From a virus, in the IMG/VR virus record IMGVR_UViG_3300017757_000001: 64,000 bases of DNA, one strand, 5' to 3'. The number at the start of each line of letters is the position of its first letter. Position 1 is the first letter of the stretch. Below, piece after piece: positions 47,997 through 57,328 of this stretch. Both the position numbers and the translations under genes were made by a program. The notes beneath the pieces were generated by a model. That model had not been told where the DNA came from. It did not search any database and was given only the letters and a program-made list of their open reading frames with translations.

Positions 47997-48715
47997 TAGT
48001 GTTTTGTTGTGGGCATTAACCACATTCCATCTTTAAATATTACTTCCATCAAACCAGGAACTGTATCTATTGTTCTTAATGATCTTATAGTATCATGTTT
48101 CATCATTTTACTAACTTCTTCTCTTATTCTTTCTTGTGAAACTACTTCTTCTAATTTATCTAATAAATCAAGTTGCTTCATTGCATCACTTAATTCTTTA
48201 CATATTTTAAAATCTTTAGTAACACTAAATCTTAAGGCTCTTAGTAATCTTAAAGGATCATCCATTAAAGTAACCATTGGATCTAATGGAGTTCTTAATA
48301 TTTTATCTTCTAAATCTTTTAATCCCCCAAATAGATCAACTAATTGACCATCTTCAGTTTTACATAAAGCATTTACAGTAAAATCTCTTCTTACCATATC
48401 ATCTTCAAATGAACCTAACTCTAATATTGGCTTTCTAGTTCCAGGGATAACACCTATTTCCTTTCTAGCCATTACAAAATCAGCAACTAAACCTTCATGT
48501 TGGTGTCCTTTAGGAAACATAGCTCTAACAGTAAAACAATCTTTAGTTTTAAGAAATATTTTAAAACCTTCTTGTTTAAGAAAATCTAACATCTTCTCCC
48601 AACCTTCATCTACTGATAAAGTAAAATCATCTAGTTCAACAGTAAAATCTATATCTTTTGTGTGGAGTCCTAACAACTCATCCCTAACACACCCACCTAC
48701 TTCAAATAGTTTCAT
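47996..48715 (-). CDS. tRNA nucleotidyltransferase (class II CCA-adding/poly(A) polymerase family), head and neck only
   Basis: VGGCVRDELLG..KDIDF, RRDFTVNAL, DDPLRLLRALRF, SQERIREE. Confidence 0.9.
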   Translation of the reverse strand: MKLFEVGGCVRDELLGLHTKDIDFTVELDDFTLSVDEGWEKMLDFLKQEGFKIFLKTKDCFTVRAMFPKGHQHEGLVADFVMARKEIGVIPGTRKPILELGSFEDDMVRRDFTVNALCKTEDGQLVDLFGGLKDLEDKILRTPLDPMVTLMDDPLRLLRALRFSVTKDFKICKELSDAMKQLDLLDKLEEVVSQERIREEVSKMMKHDTIRSLRTIDTVPGLMEVIFKDGMWLMPTTKH

Positions 48716-48742
48716 AACCTTTATTTTTTCATTATTTACGGG

Positions 48743-48793
48743 GTAAATATACGAAGGCTCCCTTGGGGAGCCAAATATTTTCGCATAAGTCTT
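48743..48793 (-). promoter_or_regulatory. Repeated promoter element, copy 7 (with GGCTCCC/GGGAGCC inverted repeat)
   Basis: TTTGGCTCCCCAAGGGAGCCTTCGTATATTTAC. Confidence 0.8.
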
Positions 48794-48801
48794 TTTGGGG
48801 T

Positions 48802-49497
48802 TTACAGAGAATTTCTTAAATAACCAACTACATATGAAATTAAATCTTCTTTAGCTGGTTCAATATCTGTGATTTCAGTTGAAGGACCTTTACTCCATTT
48901 TTCAAATTCATAATGAATATTATCTAAATGATCATCTAAATCCATCAATTCAACATATCCACCATGTGTTAAGGATATTTCATTTAATTCTTTTTCATTA
49001 GGGTTATCTTTAGCTATCCCAGATAATTCTTCTGCTCCTTTAATAGCTTGATCTAAACCATCAAAAACATCATCACTTCCAACTACTTCATAAAAATCAT
49101 CTTTTATTTCTTTGATTTTCCTAATAAAAAGTTTAATGTCATCTGGATTACCCTTAGCCCAAACACCTTCTTTTAATGGCTCACTAAAATAATCATCTGC
49201 TCTTGTTTCTAAATCTTCAACTTCTTCATCTGACATTTTTCCTTTCATGAATACTTTATCCATGTCAATTGTTTTTGGATTTCGAGATAACTGAGTTTCA
49301 TCATACTCTGCTGTCCTACCATTAGGAAATGCAACAGTATAAGCCATTAAATTAGACCCAAACATTCTCCTCATATCAAGGACTTTTAATACCTCTTTGT
49401 CTGTAGAATTTCCTCTAAGTATTACTTCATCATCTATTGCAAATACCTCAGTTAATTTTCCTTCAGTTAGATATTTTTTTAAATTAAATTTGTCCAT
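48802..49497 (-). CDS. Modular hypothetical protein, possible head-internal protein
   Basis: MDKFNLKKYLTEGKLTE start; internal LKE and LNE junctions. Confidence 0.55.
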   Translation of the reverse strand: MDKFNLKKYLTEGKLTEVFAIDDEVILRGNSTDKEVLKVLDMRRMFGSNLMAYTVAFPNGRTAEYDETQLSRNPKTIDMDKVFMKGKMSDEEVEDLETRADDYFSEPLKEGVWAKGNPDDIKLFIRKIKEIKDDFYEVVGSDDVFDGLDQAIKGAEELSGIAKDNPNEKELNEISLTHGGYVELMDLDDHLDNIHYEFEKWSKGPSTEITDIEPAKEDLISYVVGYLRNSL

Positions 49498-49508
49498 TTT
49501 TATAATTT

Positions 49509-50162
49509 TTAAGAATCCATTCTATCTGCAACATAATTGCTGTAGTCTTCTAAGTAATCATCCATATCAAATTCAAGATAAGCTTCTACTCTTCCAGCTT
49601 TTATATCTCTTTCAAGTGATTCCATATAGGCATCTAACCCATAATTAACTTCTCCATCACCACCTTCTTCAGCACTAATATAATTTCTAATAGCATCTAA
49701 GTCTATATTTTCTTTAACTATATTACCTTCAGAAAGGAATTTTTGCCATTTTACTTCGTAACTTTCATCCATTGTTTTGTGTTCTTTTACATTCCATAAA
49801 TCTAATAATCTTTCATATGATGTTCTAATACCCTCATGTCTTAAAGTATTCCACATTCTCCCATCCCAAAAATGAATCCACATTGCACCACCCTCATCAG
49901 CAGCTTCAGCAAATTCCATTGCTAGATCATCTAAATTACCTTTAGTTATTATTTCAGCTCCACCATCATTATAATAATCAACCTCACCATCATACACCGC
50001 TCTAATTGATGACTTATTAACTAAATCTTGTGCCAAATTATCAGCGTTGAAGTTTTTATTTAATTCATCTTGTAGATCTGCACCACCATCAAAATGATTA
50101 TATACAGTTTTAACCATTCCATTTGGAAGATCTACTACTGCTATTTGTGCTCTTGTGCTCAT
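49509..50162 (-). CDS. Phage hypothetical protein
   Basis: MSTRAQI...YNHFDG motif plus acidic C-terminal module. Confidence 0.55.
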   Translation of the reverse strand: MSTRAQIAVVDLPNGMVKTVYNHFDGGADLQDELNKNFNADNLAQDLVNKSSIRAVYDGEVDYYNDGGAEIITKGNLDDLAMEFAEAADEGGAMWIHFWDGRMWNTLRHEGIRTSYERLLDLWNVKEHKTMDESYEVKWQKFLSEGNIVKENIDLDAIRNYISAEEGGDGEVNYGLDAYMESLERDIKAGRVEAYLEFDMDDYLEDYSNYVADRMDS

Positions 50163-50197
50163 TGTTTTGTTATTTAGTTATACATATTGCCCCTTCA

Positions 50198-50608
50198 TCA
50201 GAGATCATATTTTTCTTGATATTGTTTTACAAAACTATTACCAACACCAATTTCTAATATTATAGCATTATCAGGAACCCCTGGTAGTTTTGGTTTGGAT
50301 AGAATATAATCTATATTTTCATTCCTCCAAACTTTCATTTTAGTTCTAGCATTTGAACGATTTGATGATTTAAATACCATCACAACAGGCATTTTGTTAT
50401 ATGCTTTACCTTTTTCAGCTTTAACTTTTTGGGGTTTAAATCCTTTAGGATAAGATATTTCTGTTTTATATGGGCCATTAGCAAATTTATCTAAATCATA
50501 ATACCATGTATGAGTTTCACCCAATTCTGGTTTAGAAGGATATTGATGAAATACTTGAGTGTACTTCCTTTTTACTTCTACTTGTTCTGATGGTCTACCT
50601 CTACTCAT
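50198..50608 (-). CDS. Hypothetical protein with N-terminal RGRP
   Basis: MSRGRPS AT-hook-like start. Confidence 0.5.
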   Translation of the reverse strand: MSRGRPSEQVEVKRKYTQVFHQYPSKPELGETHTWYYDLDKFANGPYKTEISYPKGFKPQKVKAEKGKAYNKMPVVMVFKSSNRSNARTKMKVWRNENIDYILSKPKLPGVPDNAIILEIGVGNSFVKQYQEKYDL

Positions 50609-50832
50609 TATCTATACAATGTAATATAATCACCAAAATATTTATCAAATACTGAAATTAAATGTTCATAATCACCTTCCATCATTTGATTTTGAATATC
50701 TTTTCCATTTAGCCCTAATTGTTTAGCATAATGTTTAGCATAACCTAATAATGCAAATGCATTTCCATCAGGTCCTGTTAAATCAATCTCAATTGGAGAT
50801 TTCTTTTTAAGTTTAATATCTTTTATAGCCAT
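50608..50832 (-). CDS. Small phage hypothetical protein
   Basis: DLTGPDGNAFALLG...GDYEHL motif. Confidence 0.6.
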   Translation of the reverse strand: MAIKDIKLKKKSPIEIDLTGPDGNAFALLGYAKHYAKQLGLNGKDIQNQMMEGDYEHLISVFDKYFGDYITLYR

Positions 50833-50835
50833 AAT

Positions 50836-51042
50836 TTATTTATTTTTATTTAATTTATTTCTTATTTCCTCAAAAAGAGGTAGTAATTCATCTTCAAAAC
50901 CACAGGTCCAATTTTCTACATTTTCATTATTTATTTTCTCTTCAAACATATTTAATTCTTCCTCGGTTGCATCAAAATAATTTAGTAAAATTCCTTGAAC
51001 ATAAAATTTACTTTCTTTTATTAGTATCGGACTTATTGCCAT
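50836..51042 (-). CDS. Hypothetical protein
   Basis: ORF track. Confidence 0.45.
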   Translation of the reverse strand: MAISPILIKESKFYVQGILLNYFDATEEELNMFEEKINNENVENWTCGFEDELLPLFEEIRNKLNKNK

Positions 51043-51299
51043 ATTTTTATATTTTTATAGTTAATTTTACCTATTGATCTCTTACCTAACATATCAAATG
51101 TATATAATGTAACACAGGTAGGACCCCATTTAGTAACATTCATTCCTCTGAATTCAGCATTAATTGCATTTGCCTCTTTATTTACCTCAAATACTTTTGG
51201 ATTCATTCCATACTCACCATCATCACCTTTACAATAAGAAGTAATACCTTTAATTGTAAATTTTATATTACCTTTCTGCAACTGTTTTTTAATATTCAT
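51033..51299 (-). CDS. Hypothetical early protein
   Basis: Start re-called at MNIKK, downstream of promoter copy 8. Confidence 0.5.
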   Translation of the reverse strand: MNIKKQLQKGNIKFTIKGITSYCKGDDGEYGMNPKVFEVNKEANAINAEFRGMNVTKWGPTCVTLYTFDMLGKRSIGKINYKNIKIWQ

Positions 51300-51332
51300 A
51301 TAACCTTTATTTGTTTTTAACCTCATTTATAC

Positions 51333-51383
51333 ATAAATATACGAAGGCTCCCTCAGGGAGCCAAATTTTTATGCATAAGTCTT
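51333..51383 (-). promoter_or_regulatory. Repeated promoter element, copy 8
   Basis: TTTGGCTCCCTGAGGGAGCCTTCGTATATTTAT. Confidence 0.8.
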
Positions 51384-51391
51384 CAACTAAT

Positions 51392-51700
51392 TTAATGTTT
51401 TCTATGGAATATGGGTATAGTAATTGATATTGTTATTCCACCTAATACTGTAGCTAATAAATCTTTATTATCAAATTCTTCATCAATTACTTCTTTTGCA
51501 ATTCCAGCTGCACTTGACAAAACAATTCCACCCAATATAGCTTGTTTTTTATTGTGGGTTCTTTGCCAAATCATATCATATCCTAATGCCCCAAAAACTG
51601 TACCTGCTGTAAAATGTATTTGTTTATCTTTTTCATTTATTGATTGGGGAAACATAGTAGATGATATTAAAAATACTATAATCAATAAAATTCTATCCAT
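51392..51700 (-). CDS. YfiM/DUF2279-like membrane protein
   Basis: DKQIHFTAG, AGIAKEVID, DLLATVLGG. Confidence 0.65.
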   Translation of the reverse strand: MDRILLIIVFLISSTMFPQSINEKDKQIHFTAGTVFGALGYDMIWQRTHNKKQAILGGIVLSSAAGIAKEVIDEEFDNKDLLATVLGGITISITIPIFHRKH

Positions 51701-51702
51701 AT

Positions 51703-52404
51703 TTAACGTGGTCTTTTAGTTGATCTATTAGTTGATCTATTAGTTGATCTATTGTTATTAATTGGTTTACTATTGTTTATAATGGGTTTACTATTATTGT
51801 ATGTGGGTCTATTATTACGTATAGGTTTATTATTCCACACAGGTTTAGTATTATTAATTACTGGTTTAGTATTATTAATTACTGGTTTATTTACTATTAT
51901 AGGTTTATCATTATTAGGTTTTGGATTATTGTATACAATTCTATTATTATTTCTTTTATTAATTTTTATATTATTGCTAATATTGCTTCTTCTACTATAA
52001 TTATATACTACATTATAACTTTGGTTGTTAAATGGTCCTTGGTACCAACTATTATATGGTCTCATATACCAATCCCAATAATTCCAAGGAGTATAATAAG
52101 AATAAAAATTACCATAATAAAAATCAAAATCTAACCATAATGGTCTAGTATTCCAAAATCCATAATTATGTCCATAAATAAATCTTGGTCTAAGTGGCTT
52201 AAATTCTAAACGAATTGTAGAATAATTTAAAGTTGTAAATGAAGTAGTTCCATCTTCAATTTCATCAACATAAACTACATCAGTATCACAGCATTTATCT
52301 ATTTGATGCATTGTACCACAACCCACAAAGGTCATACTAAATATAAGTGATAATAATACTATAATTGTTCTTAATACTTTTTGTTTAAAATTTATTTCAT
52401 TCAT
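51703..52404 (-). CDS. Lipoprotein with Y/W-rich core and N/K/P/R-rich repeat tail
   Basis: Lipobox FVG-C; tandem repeats at 3' end. Confidence 0.6.
   Translation of the reverse strand: MNEINFKQKVLRTIIVLLSLIFSMTFVGCGTMHQIDKCCDTDVVYVDEIEDGTTSFTTLNYSTIRLEFKPLRPRFIYGHNYGFWNTRPLWLDFDFYYGNFYSYYTPWNYWDWYMRPYNSWYQGPFNNQSYNVVYNYSRRSNISNNIKINKRNNNRIVYNNPKPNNDKPIIVNKPVINNTKPVINNTKPVWNNKPIRNNRPTYNNSKPIINNSKPINNNRSTNRSTNRSTKRPR
51717..51752. repeat. 3 x 12-bp perfect tandem repeat (NRST)
   Basis: tagttgatctat x3. Confidence 0.9.
51842..51883. repeat. 2 x 21-bp perfect tandem repeat (VINNTKP)
   Basis: ggtttagtattattaattact x2. Confidence 0.9.
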
Positions 52405-52407
52405 AAT

Positions 52408-52974
52408 TTAAATGACTCCCGCCATAATTTTAGTTAATTCTTTTCCACCTATTGTTCTAGTGTACCAACCATCACCATCCTTTTTTCCATCTGGATGCCT
52501 TCCATGCCATTTTAATGGTTTATTATTTCCTAATACTGCTCTGACTATTCGTTCATCATCTATAGTAGGTACTCCTCCATACCCTACTAATGAATCAAAA
52601 GCTGTACCACTTACTTCTACATAATTACCAGGTGTTTTTAATAATTGTGTTTTTTTAGTTAGTAAATTTTTGATATTTGGTCTTTCCCCATCATGACCCA
52701 TTCCTGTATGTTTAACTCCATATGGTCCTTGCTTACCAAAGAATACAACATCAATTTCAGGATCCTCATCAATATCTGCTACTTGCCAATATGCTAAACT
52801 ACTTTGATTTATATCATCAGATGATTTAAATTTAACATGACCCCCTATACTAGCATAAGCATTTTGTATTAAATCAAATAATACTTCCTTTTCTTGATTT
52901 TTCTCAGTAGAAGTTGGTTCTACATACTTTCCTTTAGGGAAATCCTCCACTAAAATATCTATTAATTTTTTCAT
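52408..52974 (-). CDS. Hypothetical protein, possible head-internal protein
   Basis: MKKLIDILVE start; ATATTTATA motif at 53012-53020; WYTRTIGG. Confidence 0.55.
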   Translation of the reverse strand: MKKLIDILVEDFPKGKYVEPTSTEKNQEKEVLFDLIQNAYASIGGHVKFKSSDDINQSSLAYWQVADIDEDPEIDVVFFGKQGPYGVKHTGMGHDGERPNIKNLLTKKTQLLKTPGNYVEVSGTAFDSLVGYGGVPTIDDERIVRAVLGNNKPLKWHGRHPDGKKDGDGWYTRTIGGKELTKIMAGVI

Positions 52975-52978
52975 AATG

Positions 52979-53467
52979 TTATTGAGTTAGTAAAAAATGA
53001 TCTACTCCGTCTATAAATATCGGAAGAGGTACTCTATGCGCCATTTCATTTTCAATACTAACTGATAAACCATCAAAATTTTCTAATTCTTTTAATGTTT
53101 TACTTGGATCAATTACTTTATCATTTTTTCCTAAAATAACTAAACCTTCTAATTTTTCTTTACCTGATTTAGCTCCTTCAATCTCAATAGATCTACTATG
53201 TAATGCAGGATTAAATGCTAATACTTTTGTTTTTACATGGGTTGCTAATAGCATTGCAAAATATCCTCCCATACTAGAACCTATAATTAAATCTGGTTCT
53301 TCTCTTTGTACATAATCCAACCAATCTTCAAATACTTTTGGATCATTATAATCCATTGCTGGTGCGTCTACAAAATCAACTTCATAACTAAGAAATTGGA
53401 CTTTTTCACCACCTGGTGCACTTTCTAATCCGTGGAAATACAAAACATTTTTATATTTATTTGTCAT
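52979..53467 (-). CDS. YqiA/YcfP-like alpha/beta hydrolase
   Basis: YFHGLES, GSSMGG, FNPAL, catalytic D and H. Confidence 0.85.
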   Translation of the reverse strand: MTNKYKNVLYFHGLESAPGGEKVQFLSYEVDFVDAPAMDYNDPKVFEDWLDYVQREEPDLIIGSSMGGYFAMLLATHVKTKVLAFNPALHSRSIEIEGAKSGKEKLEGLVILGKNDKVIDPSKTLKELENFDGLSVSIENEMAHRVPLPIFIDGVDHFLLTQ

Positions 53468-53494
53468 AACCTGTTTATTCTCATTATTTACGGG

Positions 53495-53545
53495 GTAAAT
53501 ATACGAAGGCTCCCTTGGGGAGCCAAATATTTTTGCATAAGTCTT
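53495..53545 (-). promoter_or_regulatory. Repeated promoter element, copy 9
   Basis: Near-identical to copy 7. Confidence 0.8.
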
Positions 53546-53763
53546 TAACTACCCTTTTTAATCAGTAATTGATGTTCTTTTTCAAGTTGAAGATCTACTG
53601 ATAAGAATATGCACATTTTATGAAGAGCACTAGGGTTATATAATGCTAACTGGATTAAACTTTCATCATCAAACTCATTAAAGATTTGAGTAAATGAAGG
53701 AAAATATGTATCTAATTTATCTTTTGAATATCCCATATACTTTGGCACCATTGTGAGTAACAC
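53545..53763 (-). CDS. Hypothetical protein
   Basis: ORF track; start probably MGYSK. Confidence 0.4.
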   Translation of the reverse strand: MLLTMVPKYMGYSKDKLDTYFPSFTQIFNEFDDESLIQLALYNPSALHKMCIFLSVDLQLEKEHQLLIKKGS

Positions 53764-53872
53764 ACATTAATTTTTTTTCTACTTTTTCAGTTTCTGATTT
53801 TGGTTTTACAGTCTGATATTTAGGGTTTTTACTGTTTAATTTTCTTTTTTTAGGCATTTTTATTTATACATA

Positions 53873-54415
53873 TCAACTTGATAGATAATCCTCAACTTTT
53901 GTCCAGTAATAAGATGTTGCTTCTTTATCCATACCTCTTGGTCCTCCATTCCAACATCTTGCAATTTCTTCAGCTGTAGTTAATCCATAATGCTTACAAT
54001 AAACTTCAAACATTTGAATTGATTTATTTCTTAACCATCTATCATCATATGAAAATTTATATGTTTTACCTTGTCTTTTTAATATTCTGTTTACATCATC
54101 CACCATAGTTTTTCTTATTTGTAAACATCCAACAGCATCTTCACTAGCTGCATATGCTGAGTCATCATTACTACTTTCTACAAAAATAATAGCTGATAGT
54201 AAGTTAGTTGAATTTGAGATATTATAATCCCAAATTTCAGCTTCTAATTCTAAAGTATCTATTTCTAATTTTAAACTATCAATAGTATTATTTAAACTAT
54301 CTATTACTTCTAATTCTTGGTGTAGCGTTTCTATTTGATCTTCATAATCTAATATGTAACATAATGATATAAATGCAAATAATATTGTTGTTATATATGG
54401 AAAATAATATCTCAT
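53873..54415 (-). CDS. Membrane-anchored lysozyme-like protein (i-type/destabilase or SLT-like)
   Basis: N-terminal TM plus coiled coil; AIIFVESS, GCLQI, ARCWNGGPRG, YWTKV. Confidence 0.7.
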   Translation of the reverse strand: MRYYFPYITTILFAFISLCYILDYEDQIETLHQELEVIDSLNNTIDSLKLEIDTLELEAEIWDYNISNSTNLLSAIIFVESSNDDSAYAASEDAVGCLQIRKTMVDDVNRILKRQGKTYKFSYDDRWLRNKSIQMFEVYCKHYGLTTAEEIARCWNGGPRGMDKEATSYYWTKVEDYLSS

Positions 54416-54717
54416 AATTTTTTGTTTTTTAGTTTATCAATTAATATTTTTACTTCAGCACATTTTTCATATAATTCATGCTTAAGTAAAGTATCTAAAT
54501 TTTCTTCTAATGTATGTAAAAATAATTTTTTATCTACAGTTAAATCATAAATTTGATCTTCTTCCTCAATAGCTATAGATACTACATGAATATGTTTTTT
54601 CTTACTATTAAAGTTTTTTTGAATTACCTCAATTATAGCTAGTGATAAATCTTTATTTTTACTAGCAACAAATTTATCAAACTCCTCTCTTGTACTAAAA
54701 TTAAATTCTTTTACCAT
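54412..54717 (-). CDS. Hypothetical protein with C-terminal UVR-like motif
   Basis: HELYEKCAEVK. Confidence 0.55.
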   Translation of the reverse strand: MVKEFNFSTREEFDKFVASKNKDLSLAIIEVIQKNFNSKKKHIHVVSIAIEEEDQIYDLTVDKKLFLHTLEENLDTLLKHELYEKCAEVKILIDKLKNKKL

Positions 54718-54718
54718 T

Positions 54719-54931
54719 TTATAAATCTTTTAAAAAATCTCCTTTAATATTATACTTCTTTAATTTTTCTTTTTTCTCATCACCTTTTAAAATTTTGTTA
54801 GCTAATTTTTCAAGATGTTTTTCTTTTATTTTATCATAATCATTTACTATTTGATTATGTTTATTTCTTTTAATATTTCTTGTTTTTTTAGCCATATTAT
54901 TTATATGATATGTAATCTTCTTCTGGTTCAT
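54719..54931 (-). CDS. Basic hypothetical protein
   Basis: ORF track; start probably MAKKT. Confidence 0.45.
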   Translation of the reverse strand: MNQKKITYHINNMAKKTRNIKRNKHNQIVNDYDKIKEKHLEKLANKILKGDEKKEKLKKYNIKGDFLKDL

Positions 54932-55517
54932 CTCCTAATCCTAATTCTTCTAATCTTTGTCTAGTATAATCATCCATTTCCCATTTAGTTTCACTTTGAT
55001 TAACAGGTACATGATCTTCCATCCCTTTAATTTGTTTATCTGAAAATATATTTCCTACAGTTAAAAAATAATGATTATAACATAATAATTCTATATTTTC
55101 AATTCTATAATTTTTTTTATTTCCGTCTTTAAAATGAAGAAGTAAAGGTATTTTATAATCTGATACTCTACGTTCATGAAATTTACAAACAGCACATTCT
55201 TCAAGTAAATGACCCTCAGTTATTAATCTATATTTTATTTTATCAGGTGAAAATGATGATACATCAACTCTACCTTCAATAATATCTAATAAAGCAGGTT
55301 CTTTACCTTTACCTCTTAAAAATTTAGGTATACCTTTCCCAGATTGGTTTTTATGTTGTTCAAATAAATTATCATGGGTATCACTTTCATATAATTTTGC
55401 CCATTTTTTATAGTGTTGATAAGAACAATTTAAATACCTAGCAGCTGCTCTATTAGATAGAGTTTTAGACATAGCTGCTACTATTAATTCTTTATTTAAT
55501 GGTTTTGGTTTTGGCAT
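54897..55517 (-). CDS. HNH-like endonuclease with N-terminal HTH
   Basis: AAARYL; CAVC; LHFKDGNKKNYRIENIELLCYNH. Confidence 0.75.
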   Translation of the reverse strand: MPKPKPLNKELIVAAMSKTLSNRAAARYLNCSYQHYKKWAKLYESDTHDNLFEQHKNQSGKGIPKFLRGKGKEPALLDIIEGRVDVSSFSPDKIKYRLITEGHLLEECAVCKFHERRVSDYKIPLLLHFKDGNKKNYRIENIELLCYNHYFLTVGNIFSDKQIKGMEDHVPVNQSETKWEMDDYTRQRLEELGLGDEPEEDYISYK

Positions 55518-55771
55518 TAATCATCTTGAGGTTTATCCCATTTAGTTTTTTTCTTCATATTTTCATCTACTACTTTTGCCTGTTCGGGAGTCATGATTTG
55601 AATATCATTCCATGTATGATCACCTGTCCCATTGATTGTGGATATTGCTGTGTATGCCCCTGTTGTTGAACAATTAACACAAACATGATAACCAAATTTA
55701 GTTAGCCTTAATTCAGGCATTAATTCCCCACACTTTTTGCAAGGAATCATTTTTAAATTATTTCTATTCAT
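55517..55771 (-). CDS. C4 Zn-finger protein (DksA/TraR-like finger)
   Basis: CKKCGELMPELRL...CVNCS. Confidence 0.6.
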   Translation of the reverse strand: MNRNNLKMIPCKKCGELMPELRLTKFGYHVCVNCSTTGAYTAISTINGTGDHTWNDIQIMTPEQAKVVDENMKKKTKWDKPQDD

Positions 55772-55838
55772 AACTATAATTATACGTAACTATTGAAATA
55801 TTTCCGCTAATATACGAAATACAAATGATATATCCAAA

Positions 55839-56228
55839 TTATTTCGTAGGATAACGATATTTTATATAAGACCACAAATCATCAGGTGTAGTAATAATAT
55901 ATTGTTTACCATCTTCATCTTCTAATGGAATAACAGTACCATCTGGATTGAATCTATCATAGATGTACCATAAAATAGTATCAGCTGCTTGTTCCCCATA
56001 TACAAATTTTAATAAATTTTCAATTACAATCCATAAAGGATCTGTAACTTTATTACAATCTATCCCTCCAGTTTCTATTAATTCATTTTCAATTTTATTA
56101 GATTCTTCTAACTTCTTAATAAATAAACAAAATACACTTTTTTCTGTAACTTGTATATTATCTTTTATATTTACTTCTGATCCTAGTATTTTTTTAAATA
56201 ATCCTTTAATGTCATTAAATTCTTTCAT
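55839..56228 (-). CDS. Hypothetical protein
   Basis: ORF track. Confidence 0.5.
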   Translation of the reverse strand: MKEFNDIKGLFKKILGSEVNIKDNIQVTEKSVFCLFIKKLEESNKIENELIETGGIDCNKVTDPLWIVIENLLKFVYGEQAADTILWYIYDRFNPDGTVIPLEDEDGKQYIITTPDDLWSYIKYRYPTK

Positions 56229-56245
56229 TTTATTTATTTTTAATA

Positions 56246-56803
56246 TTATCTTTTAAACCCATAAAAATATAAATCGTGGGGTCCTTCATTACTAACCCAA
56301 TATTGACTAATCATACTATCATTAAATCCTGGAATTGATTTAAAATTCTCAGCTGTTAAATTTTTATAGTAATCTTGAAAAATATCATATTCAAAATCTT
56401 CAGGATGAGAACCTTGAATAGATGCTAAAGGATCTGATTTGCGAGTGCCATGTTCAGAACGACCTATTGAAGCACAAGTAAAAATTAATAATCCCTTAGG
56501 TTTTAAATTATGGATCATATTCATTATAGTCTTTTCATAAAAGGGATCGTGTTCAAAACACTCACAGCTTATAGCAGTGTCAAATAATTGACTAGACTTA
56601 AATTTATGACCTTTGCTTACAATATCAACATTGGGACCACTACTAACATCTACACCTGTATGATCACAATTTTTAAAATGGCATCTTATAGTTGGTTGGT
56701 TAGATATAGTTCTAGATCCTATTTCTAGTACTCGGGCATTGTTAAAATACTCAGGATATTGTTGTTTTTTTTCATAAACAAAATGTAACACTTCGTGATG
56801 CAT
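56246..56803 (-). CDS. SAM-dependent methyltransferase
   Basis: VLEIGS, GVDVSSGPNVD, ECFEHDPF, LKPKG. Confidence 0.8.
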   Translation of the reverse strand: MHHEVLHFVYEKKQQYPEYFNNARVLEIGSRTISNQPTIRCHFKNCDHTGVDVSSGPNVDIVSKGHKFKSSQLFDTAISCECFEHDPFYEKTIMNMIHNLKPKGLLIFTCASIGRSEHGTRKSDPLASIQGSHPEDFEYDIFQDYYKNLTAENFKSIPGFNDSMISQYWVSNEGPHDLYFYGFKR

Positions 56804-56962
56804 ATTATTTGATTTTTTCTACGTTAAATAACTTATTAAATTGATCTAATGTCAATCTTTTAATTTTACTAAAAACATTTGTAGCTTCATTTTCATTATT
56901 AGCTTGACATTTATTTATAGCTTCTTTACTCTTACTCCTTTTGGGATACATTTTAAATAAAT

Positions 56963-57316
56963 TCATATTTTTTTAATTAATTTTTTTATTATAATACACT
57001 TTTCATATTCTTCATATTCAACATAATGTTGAATAATTTTATTGAGAACTTTTTCAAAATTTTCTCTTTTTAATTCTACAATAATAGATAAATTTAATAT
57101 GTTAAATAATTCAACTTTTTGTAGGTTATCTTTTATTGCTTTTTTAATAGTTTTATAACTATCATTAATAATAAAACTAACAAAATCATCAGACCTAGAA
57201 AGTGAGATTAATTCTTCTTTAGTATTATAAGCAATTTCTAATGTAGTAACCTCTCTTTTAACAACTTTTTTCTCTTCTATATCTTTTTCCATAATATGAG
57301 GTTTTAAAGGGTTCAT
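56963..57316 (-). CDS. Hypothetical protein with C-terminal UVR-like motif
   Basis: YEEYEKCIIIK. Confidence 0.55.
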   Translation of the reverse strand: MNPLKPHIMEKDIEEKKVVKREVTTLEIAYNTKEELISLSRSDDFVSFIINDSYKTIKKAIKDNLQKVELFNILNLSIIVELKRENFEKVLNKIIQHYVEYEEYEKCIIIKKLIKKI

Positions 57317-57328
57317 CGATTATAAATA

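Noticed and set aside
35162-53545. Repeats as a CRISPR array or integron attC sites
   Set aside because: Copies are hundreds to thousands of bp apart, diverged and fit a promoter consensus; no cas genes or integrase in the window
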